From positions 44,805 to 108,804 of the forward strand of contig JAEVZU010000183.1 of the NCBI GenBank assembly GCA_023392075.1: 64,000 bases of DNA. The letters run 5' to 3'. How positions within the stretch are numbered: the stretch's first letter is position 1; every line of letters begins with the position of its first letter. The position numbers were made by a program, and so were the translations under genes. Positions 51,601 to 60,724 of this stretch are shown one piece after another. This stretch comes from Bacillota bacterium (GTDB lineage: Bacteria > Bacillota > Clostridia > Acetivibrionales > DSM-1351). A model generated the notes under the pieces. It did no database searches and had not been told where the DNA came from. It saw only the letters and a program-made list of their open reading frames with translations.

Positions 51601-52614
51601 TTATATTGTTCTCTGTACAGACTGTGCTACAAGTCTCAATTCCTGCATCAACGTTTCAAATTTCTCAGGCCTTAAGGATTGAGGTCCGTCACAGAGGGCA
51701 CAAGGCGGATTTGGATGTACTTCAATAATTAAGCCGTCAGCTCCCGTAGCAACAGCTCCTTTGGCAAGTGCCGGGACAAACTTCCAGTTGCCTGTGGCAT
51801 GGCTTGGGTCAACCACTATGGGGAGGTGTGAAACTTCCTTGATTGCGGGGATGGCACTTAAGTCAAGAGTATTTCTGGTCATGGTTTCAAAGGTGCGGAT
51901 TCCGCGTTCGCAAAGAATAACATTGTGGTTGCCTTCTGCAATAATATACTCAGCCGCCATAAGCCATTCTTCTATGGTAGCCGACAACCCTCTTTTTAAA
52001 AGTACAGGTTTGCTGGTCATGCCAACCTCGCTTAAAAGTCTGAAATTCTGCATGTTTCTGGCACCGATCTGGAATATGTCGGTGTATTTGTTAACTAATT
52101 CAACATCTCTTGTGTCAACGACTTCAGTAACCAGCTTCAAGCCGGTAGCCTCACGGCCGGCAACCATTATTTTCAGGCCGTCTTCTTCAAGTCCCTGAAA
52201 GGCATATGGGGAGCTTCTGGGTTTAAAAGCACCGCCGCGCAATATTTTGGCGCCTGCAGTCCTGACCTTTTTTGCAGTCTCCACGAAATCATTTTCATTT
52301 TCTATTGCACATGGACCTGCCATAACCACAATTTCATTTCCTCCGATTTTGACATCGCCTACTTCGATGACTGTGGGAGCCTGCTGTAATTCATTACTGG
52401 CCAGTTTGTAGGGCTTCATAATTGGGACAAGGGTTTCCACACCGGACATTTGTGAGATTGCGTGTATATTCAGCAACCTCTTGTCGCCGATTGCACCGAT
52501 TACTGTTTTAATATCACCGTATATGGGATGTGTTTTGAAGCCCAGCTCTAAAAGTTTGCTTTCCACATTTGCAATGTCCTGTCTGGTTGCGTTCTGACTC
52601 ATTACGATAATCAT
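51601..52614 (-). CDS. aroF: 3-deoxy-7-phosphoheptulonate (DAHP) synthase, type I-beta with N-terminal regulatory domain
   Basis: AGPCAIE, RGGAFKPRSSPY.FQG, IGARNMQNF, DPSHATG; ATG at 52614 after GGAGG. Confidence 0.95.
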   Translation of the reverse strand: MIIVMSQNATRQDIANVESKLLELGFKTHPIYGDIKTVIGAIGDKRLLNIHAISQMSGVETLVPIMKPYKLASNELQQAPTVIEVGDVKIGGNEIVVMAGPCAIENENDFVETAKKVRTAGAKILRGGAFKPRSSPYAFQGLEEDGLKIMVAGREATGLKLVTEVVDTRDVELVNKYTDIFQIGARNMQNFRLLSEVGMTSKPVLLKRGLSATIEEWLMAAEYIIAEGNHNVILCERGIRTFETMTRNTLDLSAIPAIKEVSHLPIVVDPSHATGNWKFVPALAKGAVATGADGLIIEVHPNPPCALCDGPQSLRPEKFETLMQELRLVAQSVQRTI

Positions 52615-52667
52615 AAAAAACCTCCTTGAAGTCATAATATTATTATTTTAAAAAAAGTAAAAAAATA

Positions 52668-52966
52668 TAAAAAAGCCCTCATCCCTGTAAACAAGGGACG
52701 AGGACTTATAATCCACGCGGTACCACCCAAATTGGTAAAAACCATCTCGATCATGTACGGGAAATATAATCATATCTCCGATACACTCCTGCTGTAACGG
52801 GAAGGACCCGGTATGACCTACGAATAAAGTTCAATCACACTGTTCATGGGAGAACTCACAAATATATTATCCTGCAGTACTTTCACCGCCTACTGCTCGC
52901 TTTGAAGAGTCATATGATCTGCCAACTGATTTATTGCTTAATGAATCAGTTTTCCCATTCATCACA
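52668..52966 (-). promoter_or_regulatory. T-box riboswitch upstream of aroF, probable Phe (UUC) specifier
   Basis: Minus strand: GGTGAA loop, GAG-TTC-TCCC specifier, TGGGTGGTACCGCG T-box, terminator CCTCGTCCC..GGGATGAGGGCTTTTT. Confidence 0.85.
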
Positions 52967-53104
52967 TTTTAACTTATTATTTATTATATTAATAGATATA
53001 TTAACATGTTACTTTTTTAGGTGTCAACTACTTTTTTGGGAATTATTTAATTATTTCCAAAAATCCTAAACTACGAAAATAAATCCCGCCATTTGAGAGC
53101 ATAT

Positions 53105-53857
53105 CTATGTATTCTTGAGTATTCTTTCAATCACCGAAGATCTGGCTGCATTTTCAAAGGAGTCATCCAATTCTCCCAAAGCTTCAAAATCACCGTATTT
53201 CTGTTTTAGTGCAAGAGTGAGCAAATGATCTGTCAGCTGAGGATTTTTAGGAAGAAGACTGCCGTGTGAGTAGGAGCAGTAAACATTGTTGTAAACGGCA
53301 CCTTCATAGCCGTCGGTTCCGTTATTGCCATTGCCCGCGATAACTTTACCCAAAGGCTTGATGCCTTCTCCAAGATAAGTTCTTCCGGAGTGATTCTCAA
53401 AACCTACTATTTTTAATGGTTTTCCGTCTTGGGATATAAAGTCGCTTTCAAAAACGATGTTACCTATCATGCGTTCTTTTCCGCCGACGGTCCAGAGATC
53501 CAGAGCGCCAAGAAACTCTATTTCCTTACCGTCCCAGGTCTTGTAATACTTGCCCATTAACTGATAGCCGCCGCAGATGCACAGAAAGACCTTCATATTG
53601 TCTATAGCTGTCTTTATTTCGCCGCCTTTCTGATTTAATACATCAGCCTGGATGATTTCCTGTTCGTAGTCCTGTCCTCCGCCCAGAAAAATAAGATCGT
53701 ACTCTGATGAATCAAAGGAGTCACCAATGGTAATATTTGTTACTCCGGTATTTATTCCATGCCACTGGGCCCGTCTCTGCAGAGCCAGAATATTGCCTCT
53801 GTCTCCATAGGTGTTGAGCAGATCGGGGTATAAATGACAAATGTTCAAATCATACAT
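53105..53857 (-). CDS. gatD: Type 1 glutamine amidotransferase GatD (CobQ-like), lipid II amidation
   Basis: LYPDLLNTYGDRGN, GGGQD, ICGGYQLMG, GFENH, HG.LLPKNP. Confidence 0.92.
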   Translation of the reverse strand: MYDLNICHLYPDLLNTYGDRGNILALQRRAQWHGINTGVTNITIGDSFDSSEYDLIFLGGGQDYEQEIIQADVLNQKGGEIKTAIDNMKVFLCICGGYQLMGKYYKTWDGKEIEFLGALDLWTVGGKERMIGNIVFESDFISQDGKPLKIVGFENHSGRTYLGEGIKPLGKVIAGNGNNGTDGYEGAVYNNVYCSYSHGSLLPKNPQLTDHLLTLALKQKYGDFEALGELDDSFENAARSSVIERILKNT

Positions 53858-53973
53858 AAAATCTCCAATCCGCTGCTTGTGCAGCGTCTCCTTAGTAATG
53901 AAAACCCCGCTGAGGGTTTTTGCAACGCGAAATGAACAATGTTCACACTTCTTTATGTTTTGCGTTTTTCACG

Positions 53974-55386
53974 TTATTTCCAGAACTCCTTTAAATTGTA
54001 CTTTTTCTTTAGGATACCACGAATATCAAGCATTGCAGTGTATGTGGGCAATATATGGAAGCAGCCGCCGGCCGGAGTTTGCTCAAGGCCGCGTTCCAGC
54101 AGCAGCTGGTAGTCCTTTATTATCCTTATTTTTCTGGTGTCCAGACCGCTGTATTTTAATCTGACTGCCATGTCCTCACCGCGGACACCGGAGGTAAACA
54201 GATTTCCAATTTTCTCGGGAAGCTTGTTAAGCTGCTCGAAATCCACGTCCCAAAGCCAGGAAATATCAGTACCGTCAGCCAGATTGTCATTTATCAGAAA
54301 AGCCGCATTCAACTGCTGATCGTCAAGAGCAAGAAAGCTTAATACCTGATTGAACCCTGTGGGATTTTTTACAAGGATAAGTTTTATTGTTTTATCACCA
54401 ACTGTGATAGATTCCATTCTTCCAAACCCGCATTCGAAAGACTGCATGGCACTGATTACCGTATCGGCACCGTAGTTTAATGCAAGACCGCATGCGGCTG
54501 CCGCCATAGCATTGTAAACGTTATACAGGCCGGGAAGATTGATCCGGGTAGTATATTCCTGCAAGGATCCGGAAAGAGGAGGAGTGGATTTCCAGTTTAT
54601 TGTGGTATGGCTGCTTCCGGCTTCCTGTATACCGGTACATTCCAGGTTGGCAGCAGGTCTTTTGTAACCGCAGCCGGTACAGTAAAATCCTCCCAGGTGA
54701 CCATAAATGTGATTTGTATATTCGTATTTGTTTTTGCAGTTTATACAGAACATGGCGTCGGTATTAATGTCACCTGAATTTCCGGTATCACCGGCTCCGG
54801 CCTCAGGAGCAATACCATAGTAAAATACAGGTTTATTTGTTTCTCTGCCCAAAGATGCACACATGGAATCATCGGCATTAAGAATAAGGGCTGTATTGTC
54901 ACCGACCCTTTCAAGGCCTGATTTGACGGCGTTGAGAGTTGAGTAAAGTTCACCGTACCTGTCAAGCTGATCCCTGAAAAAGTTGGTTACAACAACAGCT
55001 TTTGGCTGGAGATGTTTAGTGACCTGATTAAAGGCAGCCTCATCGCTTTCAATAAGTGCTACCTTATGCTTCGGTTTTCCTGTAAGGGTCACGGCCTGGA
55101 TAAATATGGTTGTAATTCCGCTTAGAAGATTTGCTCCAGATTTATTGGTTATGTAGTCTATATTATTGTTTTTCAAAATCTCTTCTATAATTCTGGTGGT
55201 TGTGGTTTTGCCGTTTGTACCGGTTACCATGATTATTTCAAAGTTCCCCGCAATTGATCTGAGTATGCCGGGGTAAACTTTAAAGGCCAGCTTGCCAGGA
55301 AGTGTAGTTCCGCCTTTTTTTACAAGCCGAAGTACTTTTATTGCAAGTTTTGATATAAAAATAGATATTATCTGTCTGAAATTCAT
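53974..55386 (-). CDS. murT: MurT ligase-family protein (Mur ligase plus DUF1727)
   Basis: TGTNGKTTT, NFFRDQLDRYGE, C..C/C..C zinc finger, KNPTG, DISWLWDVDFE, TYTAM. Confidence 0.93.
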   Translation of the reverse strand: MNFRQIISIFISKLAIKVLRLVKKGGTTLPGKLAFKVYPGILRSIAGNFEIIMVTGTNGKTTTTRIIEEILKNNNIDYITNKSGANLLSGITTIFIQAVTLTGKPKHKVALIESDEAAFNQVTKHLQPKAVVVTNFFRDQLDRYGELYSTLNAVKSGLERVGDNTALILNADDSMCASLGRETNKPVFYYGIAPEAGAGDTGNSGDINTDAMFCINCKNKYEYTNHIYGHLGGFYCTGCGYKRPAANLECTGIQEAGSSHTTINWKSTPPLSGSLQEYTTRINLPGLYNVYNAMAAAACGLALNYGADTVISAMQSFECGFGRMESITVGDKTIKLILVKNPTGFNQVLSFLALDDQQLNAAFLINDNLADGTDISWLWDVDFEQLNKLPEKIGNLFTSGVRGEDMAVRLKYSGLDTRKIRIIKDYQLLLERGLEQTPAGGCFHILPTYTAMLDIRGILKKKYNLKEFWK

Positions 55387-55524
55387 AAATGCTCCCTAAT
55401 CTGTTTAATACCGCAATAATACAATTATTCAGCAAATGCCAGGTAAATATTATTCAAGTATATTATTAATATAAAACATTATATCACCATCCGGCAATAT
55501 ACAAAACATTAATACGATACTGCC

Positions 55525-55656
55525 AAAGTTAATTACGGTTGTAAGCCTTCGCCTTCCAAGCTAATTCAAACAGTTTGGGTTTGAATGATTTTTTACTTCA
55601 AGGGGCTTCAGCTTTAAACCCAAACTATCGGCTTTCAGCCGATAGTAATTGACTTT
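55525..55656 (+). repeat. Repeat family C, full copy
   Basis: Ends AAAGTTAATTAC / GTAATTGACTTT; colinear with 43073-43227. Confidence 0.82.
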
Positions 55657-55714
55657 AATAAAATAGACTAAATTACCTATATACTTAGTATTAACAGATT
55701 TATTAATATGTTAA

Positions 55715-55744
55715 TTGATGGGCAATACATTTTTATGATATAAT
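55715..55744 (+). promoter_or_regulatory. sigmaA-type promoter inside the right end of the element, facing 'murA-divIB
   Basis: TTGATG (55715-55720), 18-bp spacer, extended -10 TG-A-TATAAT (55736-55744). Confidence 0.65.
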
Positions 55745-55774
55745 AAACCCAGTTAAATGCCTGTAAAATAACAC

Positions 55775-55789
55775 ATCCGGGTGGTTGTG
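55775..55789 (+). repeat. Right 15-bp direct repeat (attR-like core) ATCCGGGTGGTTGTG
   Basis: Identical to 44407-44421. Confidence 0.95.
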
Positions 55790-56697
55790 AAATAGGCCCT
55801 AGACCAATAGATCTCCACTTAAAAGCTTTAAGAAGTCTTGGAGCCAAAATAAATGACACCAATGGAGGATATATCACCTGCGAAACCGACGGACTTAAGG
55901 GCTGTGACATATATCTGGATTATCCAAGTGTAGGTGCTACTGAAAATGCTATGATAGCAGCTGTTTATGCACAGGGTGATACAATTATCAGAAATGCTGC
56001 TAAAGAACCCGAAATAGTGGATTTGCAGAACTTCCTTCAAAAAATAGGCGCCAGGGTAACCGGGGCAGGTTCAAGTGTCATAAAAATAAGAGGCTTTGAG
56101 AAGAAACTAAATAATGTAGAATATAACGTAATTCCTGACAGGATTATTACAGGTACATATATGGTTGCTTCGGCAATTACCGGCGGAAATGTAGTTATAA
56201 AGGATATTATCCCGGAGCACATTATTTCAATTGCGTCGGTTTTACGGGATATTGGCTGCCAGATCAATATTAAAAGAAGTGATATTCAAATTGTTTCAGG
56301 ATCGAAGCTGGAAGCAGTTGAAGTAATCAGAACCTTACCATATCCAGGTTTTCCTACAGACATGCAAGCCCAAATAATGGCACTTCTTACCTTGTGCAAA
56401 GGCACAAGCATTATAATAGAAACCATATTTGAGAGTAGATATAAGCATGTAGATGAGCTTTTAAAGATGGGAGCAAATATCAGAATAGATGGCCGTATGG
56501 CTGTAATAAAGGGAGTCGGCAGGCTGAACGGCGCCCAGGTCGCTGCAAGGGATCTGCGCGGAGGAGCAGCATTGATTCTGGCCGGATTGGCTGCAAACGG
56601 TGAAACTATTATATCCGGTCTGGATCATATTGACAGGGGCTATTATAAAGTGGAAGAAAAACTGGCTTCATTAGGAGCAGATATATTAAGGAATTAA
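55775..56697 (+). CDS. murA: murA 3' segment (PGGC onward, codons about 113-418) of the split MurA
   Basis: PGGCEIGPRPIDLHLKAL..SVGATEN..NAAKEPEI..PDRI..PYPGFPTDMQ..DLRGGA..IDRGY. No in-frame start upstream of the repeat; the ORF track only starts at an internal Met (55951). Confidence 0.93.
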
Positions 56698-56700
56698 CAA

Positions 56701-57540
56701 ATGAAAAAGACACCAGCAGCTACATATGAAAAGAAAAAGAAAGTAAGTAAAAAAGTACGCAGAAGAATGAGAAGGATCCGACGATTTTTCCTCTTTGTCC
56801 TTATTGTTGGAGGAATTATCATATTTGCCAAATCATCGTTTTTTATCGTCAATAAAATAGAAACAGATGGCAATAAAAAATATTCAGCAAATGAATTGAT
56901 TCTTAGTACCGGACTTGTTCCGGGGGGAAATGTATTCAACATGCTGGGAGAGAAACCAAAGAATCTGTTAACTTTAAGCTTTAACGATTTGGAACAGGAA
57001 GTACTGAATACCATGCCGTATATTAAGTCTGTAAGCATAAGGCCGGCCCTACCAAAATCAATTAAAATAAAAGTGCAGGAAAGAACACCGTATGCTGTTC
57101 TTGACAATAAAGGGACATATCTTCTTATTGACAGGGAGGGTTATGTATTGGAACTCCTTGACAGTAAATCTCCGAAATTGAAGGATTATTTTAAAATAAT
57201 AGGTATTTCGGTGGATAGCTATAAATTGGGACAAGCTGTAAAATTTAAAGGAGAGAATCCTTTAATTGATTTTATAAGCTTTTATGATCTTGTTGTAAAA
57301 AGTGATAAGAATGAAAAGTTGAAATTATATAAAAAAATTACTTCGGTTGATTTAGCTGATATACCATATATATCTGTGCAGTTTGACAAAAGAGTTACTG
57401 TCAAATTTGGAGATTTGGAGGATACGGATTATCAGGTAAGTGTTTTCAGGCATTTATTTGTTAATAATATAAATGAAAAGCAAAAGGGTACCCTGGATTT
57501 TACAAAGGGAAACAACCCGTACTTTGTACCGGAGAATTAA
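56701..57540 (+). CDS. divIB: Cell division protein DivIB/FtsQ (POTRA domain)
   Basis: Basic N-terminus, one TM segment, POTRA (PYIKSVSI...LP..IKIKVQER.P); dcw context. Confidence 0.85.
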   Translation: MKKTPAATYEKKKKVSKKVRRRMRRIRRFFLFVLIVGGIIIFAKSSFFIVNKIETDGNKKYSANELILSTGLVPGGNVFNMLGEKPKNLLTLSFNDLEQEVLNTMPYIKSVSIRPALPKSIKIKVQERTPYAVLDNKGTYLLIDREGYVLELLDSKSPKLKDYFKIIGISVDSYKLGQAVKFKGENPLIDFISFYDLVVKSDKNEKLKLYKKITSVDLADIPYISVQFDKRVTVKFGDLEDTDYQVSVFRHLFVNNINEKQKGTLDFTKGNNPYFVPEN

Positions 57541-57636
57541 TAGTTTTACCGGCCAATTATATAATTTTACAGGTAAAGCTCATGCAGGTTTAAAAAATAT
57601 TTAACAGACAACAGGAGAAAAAAGGAGTAAAATGCT

Positions 57637-57999
57637 ATGATACCAATACTAGGATTAATTTTAGGAATACTTATTGGTCTGTTCATTCCAATTACAATTC
57701 CATCCCAATACTTTACATATGTGGCTGTTGCAATTCTGGCCGCTCTGGATTCGGTATTCGGGGGAATGGTTGCTACTATCAACAAAAAATTCGAGATGAG
57801 GATTTTTTTATCCGGATTTTTTGGTAACGCTTTGCTGGCGGCAGGTCTTGCATACATTGGAGACAAACTGGGAATTCAGATATATCTTGCTGCGATATTT
57901 GCATTTGGAAACAGGCTTTTCTTAAACTTTGCGTTAATTAGAAGATATCTATTGAATAAATTTCTCAAAAAAGATAATATAGTAAAAGAGGATTTTTAA
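57637..57999 (+). CDS. sbp: Small basic protein Sbp (DUF1290)
   Basis: YVAVAILAALDSVFGG..SGFFGN..AFGNRLF.N.A.IRR; sits before ftsA. Confidence 0.88.
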   Translation: MIPILGLILGILIGLFIPITIPSQYFTYVAVAILAALDSVFGGMVATINKKFEMRIFLSGFFGNALLAAGLAYIGDKLGIQIYLAAIFAFGNRLFLNFALIRRYLLNKFLKKDNIVKEDF

Positions 58000-58045
58000 G
58001 CGCATTTCGAGGCATTTTTGATACATAAATTAGGGGGGCAGTTTC

Positions 58046-59281
58046 GTGTCTGATGTTATTGTAGGAGTGGATATAGGAACTTCAAAAGTAAGCACCGTAA
58101 TTGGAAAAACCAATAATACCGGTGAAGTTGAAATCCTGGGCAAAGGTATTGAAAGTTGTTCAGGTATAAAAAAAGGAATAATTGTTGACATTGATGCTAC
58201 CTCCAATTCGATACAAAGTTCTGTCAGAAAAGCGGAAGCCCAGGCGGAGCTTAAGGTTGGTTCGGCCTACGTCAACATCTCCGGTCTGCATGTTGATATC
58301 ATCAATCATAAGACATATACAAATATCGTAAGCGATTCCAGGGAAATTTCCAGGCATGATGTGGAAAAACTGCTCTATGCAGCAGGAACAATTTCCATAC
58401 CGGATGACAGTGAGATAATTGATGTTGTTCCGAGACAGTTTATTGTTGACGGTTATGATGGGATAAATGATCCTGTAGGAATGAAGGGAACCAAGCTTGA
58501 AGGGGATTTTGATGTTGTGGTCGGGAAAATTATTTCGGTACAGAACATCGTCAGAAGTATGGAAAAGGCCGGAATCAAGGTGGACGGACTCATTGCCGAA
58601 GGATTTGCTTCGGGAGAATGTATTCTGCTCCCTGATGAAAAGGATATGGGTGTCATACTTATTGATATTGGTGGGGGAACCACCGAAATAAGTGTCTACA
58701 AGGATGAAAAGCTTGTGATGAATAAATGTCTTCCCGTGGGAGGCGATCATATTACAAACGATTTATCAATAGCATTAAAAATGACATACGCCGAATCTGA
58801 AAAAATCAAAAGACAATTCCAGCTTGCACTGACTACGCTTATCAAAAACGATCAGGAAATATCTGTTAATGATCTGAGTGAGAGTTTCAAGAAAAATATA
58901 AAGGTATCTGATGCAATAGAAGTTATAGAGGCAAGGGTATATGAAATATTCAGTCTCTGCAAAGACCTTGTTTATACAAATTGTCCCGGCAACTACGGTG
59001 CGGGAGTTGTGCTTTCCGGCAACGGTATTTCCACATTGGACGGTGCCATGCAGATAGCATATGACATTTTTGATATTCCTGTCAGGGTTGCCGCGCCAAA
59101 AGTAAGAAACATACCTACGCTTGACTACTGTACGGCAGCGGGGATGGTGAAATATATCGCGCGGCAGGACAAGGAAGCAAGCACCATCAGTATAAAGAGT
59201 ATTCCGAAAACCAACAAAAAGGTAAGGGAAAAAACCTTCCTCAAGAAGGTTATCAGTGCTTTGAAAGAATTTTTTTATTAG
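58046..59281 (+). CDS. ftsA: Cell division protein FtsA
   Basis: VDIGTSKV, IDIGGGTT, VGGDHITND. Confidence 0.96.
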   Translation: MSDVIVGVDIGTSKVSTVIGKTNNTGEVEILGKGIESCSGIKKGIIVDIDATSNSIQSSVRKAEAQAELKVGSAYVNISGLHVDIINHKTYTNIVSDSREISRHDVEKLLYAAGTISIPDDSEIIDVVPRQFIVDGYDGINDPVGMKGTKLEGDFDVVVGKIISVQNIVRSMEKAGIKVDGLIAEGFASGECILLPDEKDMGVILIDIGGGTTEISVYKDEKLVMNKCLPVGGDHITNDLSIALKMTYAESEKIKRQFQLALTTLIKNDQEISVNDLSESFKKNIKVSDAIEVIEARVYEIFSLCKDLVYTNCPGNYGAGVVLSGNGISTLDGAMQIAYDIFDIPVRVAAPKVRNIPTLDYCTAAGMVKYIARQDKEASTISIKSIPKTNKKVREKTFLKKVISALKEFFY

Positions 59282-59429
59282 GCAATATAAACAAAACTTG
59301 CCTAAATTACATTTTTACTATATTATTATTATGTGCGTTTTATAACTATTTTAGATTATTAACCATTTAATCAATATACACAGGCAGGCAATTCAAGTCT
59401 AATTTACCAATGCTAAAGGGGGATTTACT

Positions 59430-60563
59430 TTGCTAGATTTCGAGATTGATATGGATCATTTTGCCCAGATAAAGGTAGTAGGATGTGGCGGCGGAGGAAA
59501 CAATGCTGTTAACAGGATGATTGATGCAGGACTTAGAGGTGTGGATTTTATAGCTATAAATACAGATAAACAGGCTTTGTTTTTATCCAAGGCAAATACC
59601 AAGATTCAAATTGGAGACAAGCTTACGAAGGGTCTTGGAGCAGGTGCCAATCCCGATATCGGAGAAAAGGCGGCAAATGAAAGCAGAGATGAAATCGCCC
59701 AGGCAATAAAAGGTGCGGACATGGTATTTGTAACGGCAGGTATGGGAGGCGGAACCGGTACAGGTGCTGCTCCCGTGGTAGCTCAGCTTGCCAGGGAAAT
59801 GGGGATTTTGACGGTAGCGGTTGTTACAAAACCCTTTATGTTTGAAAGCAGAACGCGTATGCAGCATGCTGAAAGGGGAATAGAAAACCTTAAAAACTCA
59901 GTTGATTCGCTTGTTACCATACCAAACGACAGATTGCTTCAGGTTGTGGAAAAGCGTACTACAATGGTAGAAGCTTTTAGAATGGCCGATGATGTGCTCC
60001 GTCAAGGTGTTCAGGGTATATCCGATTTGATAGCCGTTCCGGGTCTGGTAAATCTTGACTTTGCCGATGTTAAGACTATAATGCTGAGCTCAGGGCTGGC
60101 TCATATGGGTATAGGAAGAGCCAATGGCGAAAGCAGAGCTGAAGAGGCAGCAAGGCAGGCAATTCACAGTCCTCTGCTGGAAACCTCAATTGAAGGAGCA
60201 AGAAGAGTACTGGTAAATATCACCGGTGGTCCCGACCTGGGTTTGTTTGAAGTTAACACAGCTGCAGAGCTTGTTCAGAAGTCGGCAGATCCGGAGGCAA
60301 ATATTATTTTCGGAGCTGTTATCGATGACAACCTCAAGGATGAATTGATGATAACGGTTATAGCTACAGGCTTTGAGAACAGCCCGGTTCTAAAGAAATT
60401 TGATAAACCTGCTGAAAAGCCAAAACAGGCATCCACAGCTGTTCCGGCTCATGACAGCAGCAGCTACGCAGCGGCAACTTCTGAAAAGAGTAATGCCAAT
60501 GCAGTTTCTTCTGATAACGAGCTTGACATACCAACCTTCCTGAGAAGGAACAGATTTAAATAA
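59430..60563 (+). CDS. ftsZ: Cell division protein FtsZ
   Basis: [17 protein letters not shown] tubulin motif, C-terminal LDIPTFLR. Confidence 0.99.
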   Translation: MLDFEIDMDHFAQIKVVGCGGGGNNAVNRMIDAGLRGVDFIAINTDKQALFLSKANTKIQIGDKLTKGLGAGANPDIGEKAANESRDEIAQAIKGADMVFVTAGMGGGTGTGAAPVVAQLAREMGILTVAVVTKPFMFESRTRMQHAERGIENLKNSVDSLVTIPNDRLLQVVEKRTTMVEAFRMADDVLRQGVQGISDLIAVPGLVNLDFADVKTIMLSSGLAHMGIGRANGESRAEEAARQAIHSPLLETSIEGARRVLVNITGGPDLGLFEVNTAAELVQKSADPEANIIFGAVIDDNLKDELMITVIATGFENSPVLKKFDKPAEKPKQASTAVPAHDSSSYAAATSEKSNANAVSSDNELDIPTFLRRNRFK

Positions 60564-60724
60564 TGAAATATTAAGAATATAGTAAAATATCCGGGAAGTG
60601 CCGCAGACTACTTTTAAAGTGGAATGTGCACTTCCTTTTTAATAAGTTAATTTGTAAAATCAGAAATAATTTTTCTGAACGGGGCCTGATTAAAGTTTGA
60701 ATAATTTTTTGAAGGAAGTGTACC

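Larger units (their letters stand above)
44407..55789. mobile_element. Putative excisable murA-interrupting element (11,368 bp repeat-to-repeat), no internal recombinase
   Basis: Flanked by a perfect 15-bp direct repeat; in-silico deletion restores a 418-aa MurA; the circle junction carries an inverted repeat. Confidence 0.7.

Noticed and set aside
43073..55656. Family C direct repeats as the ends of the element (composite transposon)
   Set aside because: They do not coincide with the murA breakpoints; recombination between them would delete the murA 5' half rather than restore the gene
44422..55774. Intron, intein or prophage as the murA interruption
   Set aside because: No reverse transcriptase, homing endonuclease, intein or phage genes; the segment has genes on both strands and is bounded by a DNA direct repeat
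44061..56697. Two independent murA pseudogene fragments
   Set aside because: The halves are exactly complementary, overlap only in the 15-bp repeat, and are free of stops and frameshifts. A single interrupted gene explains this better, although a fixed, non-excisable relic cannot be excluded without experiments.
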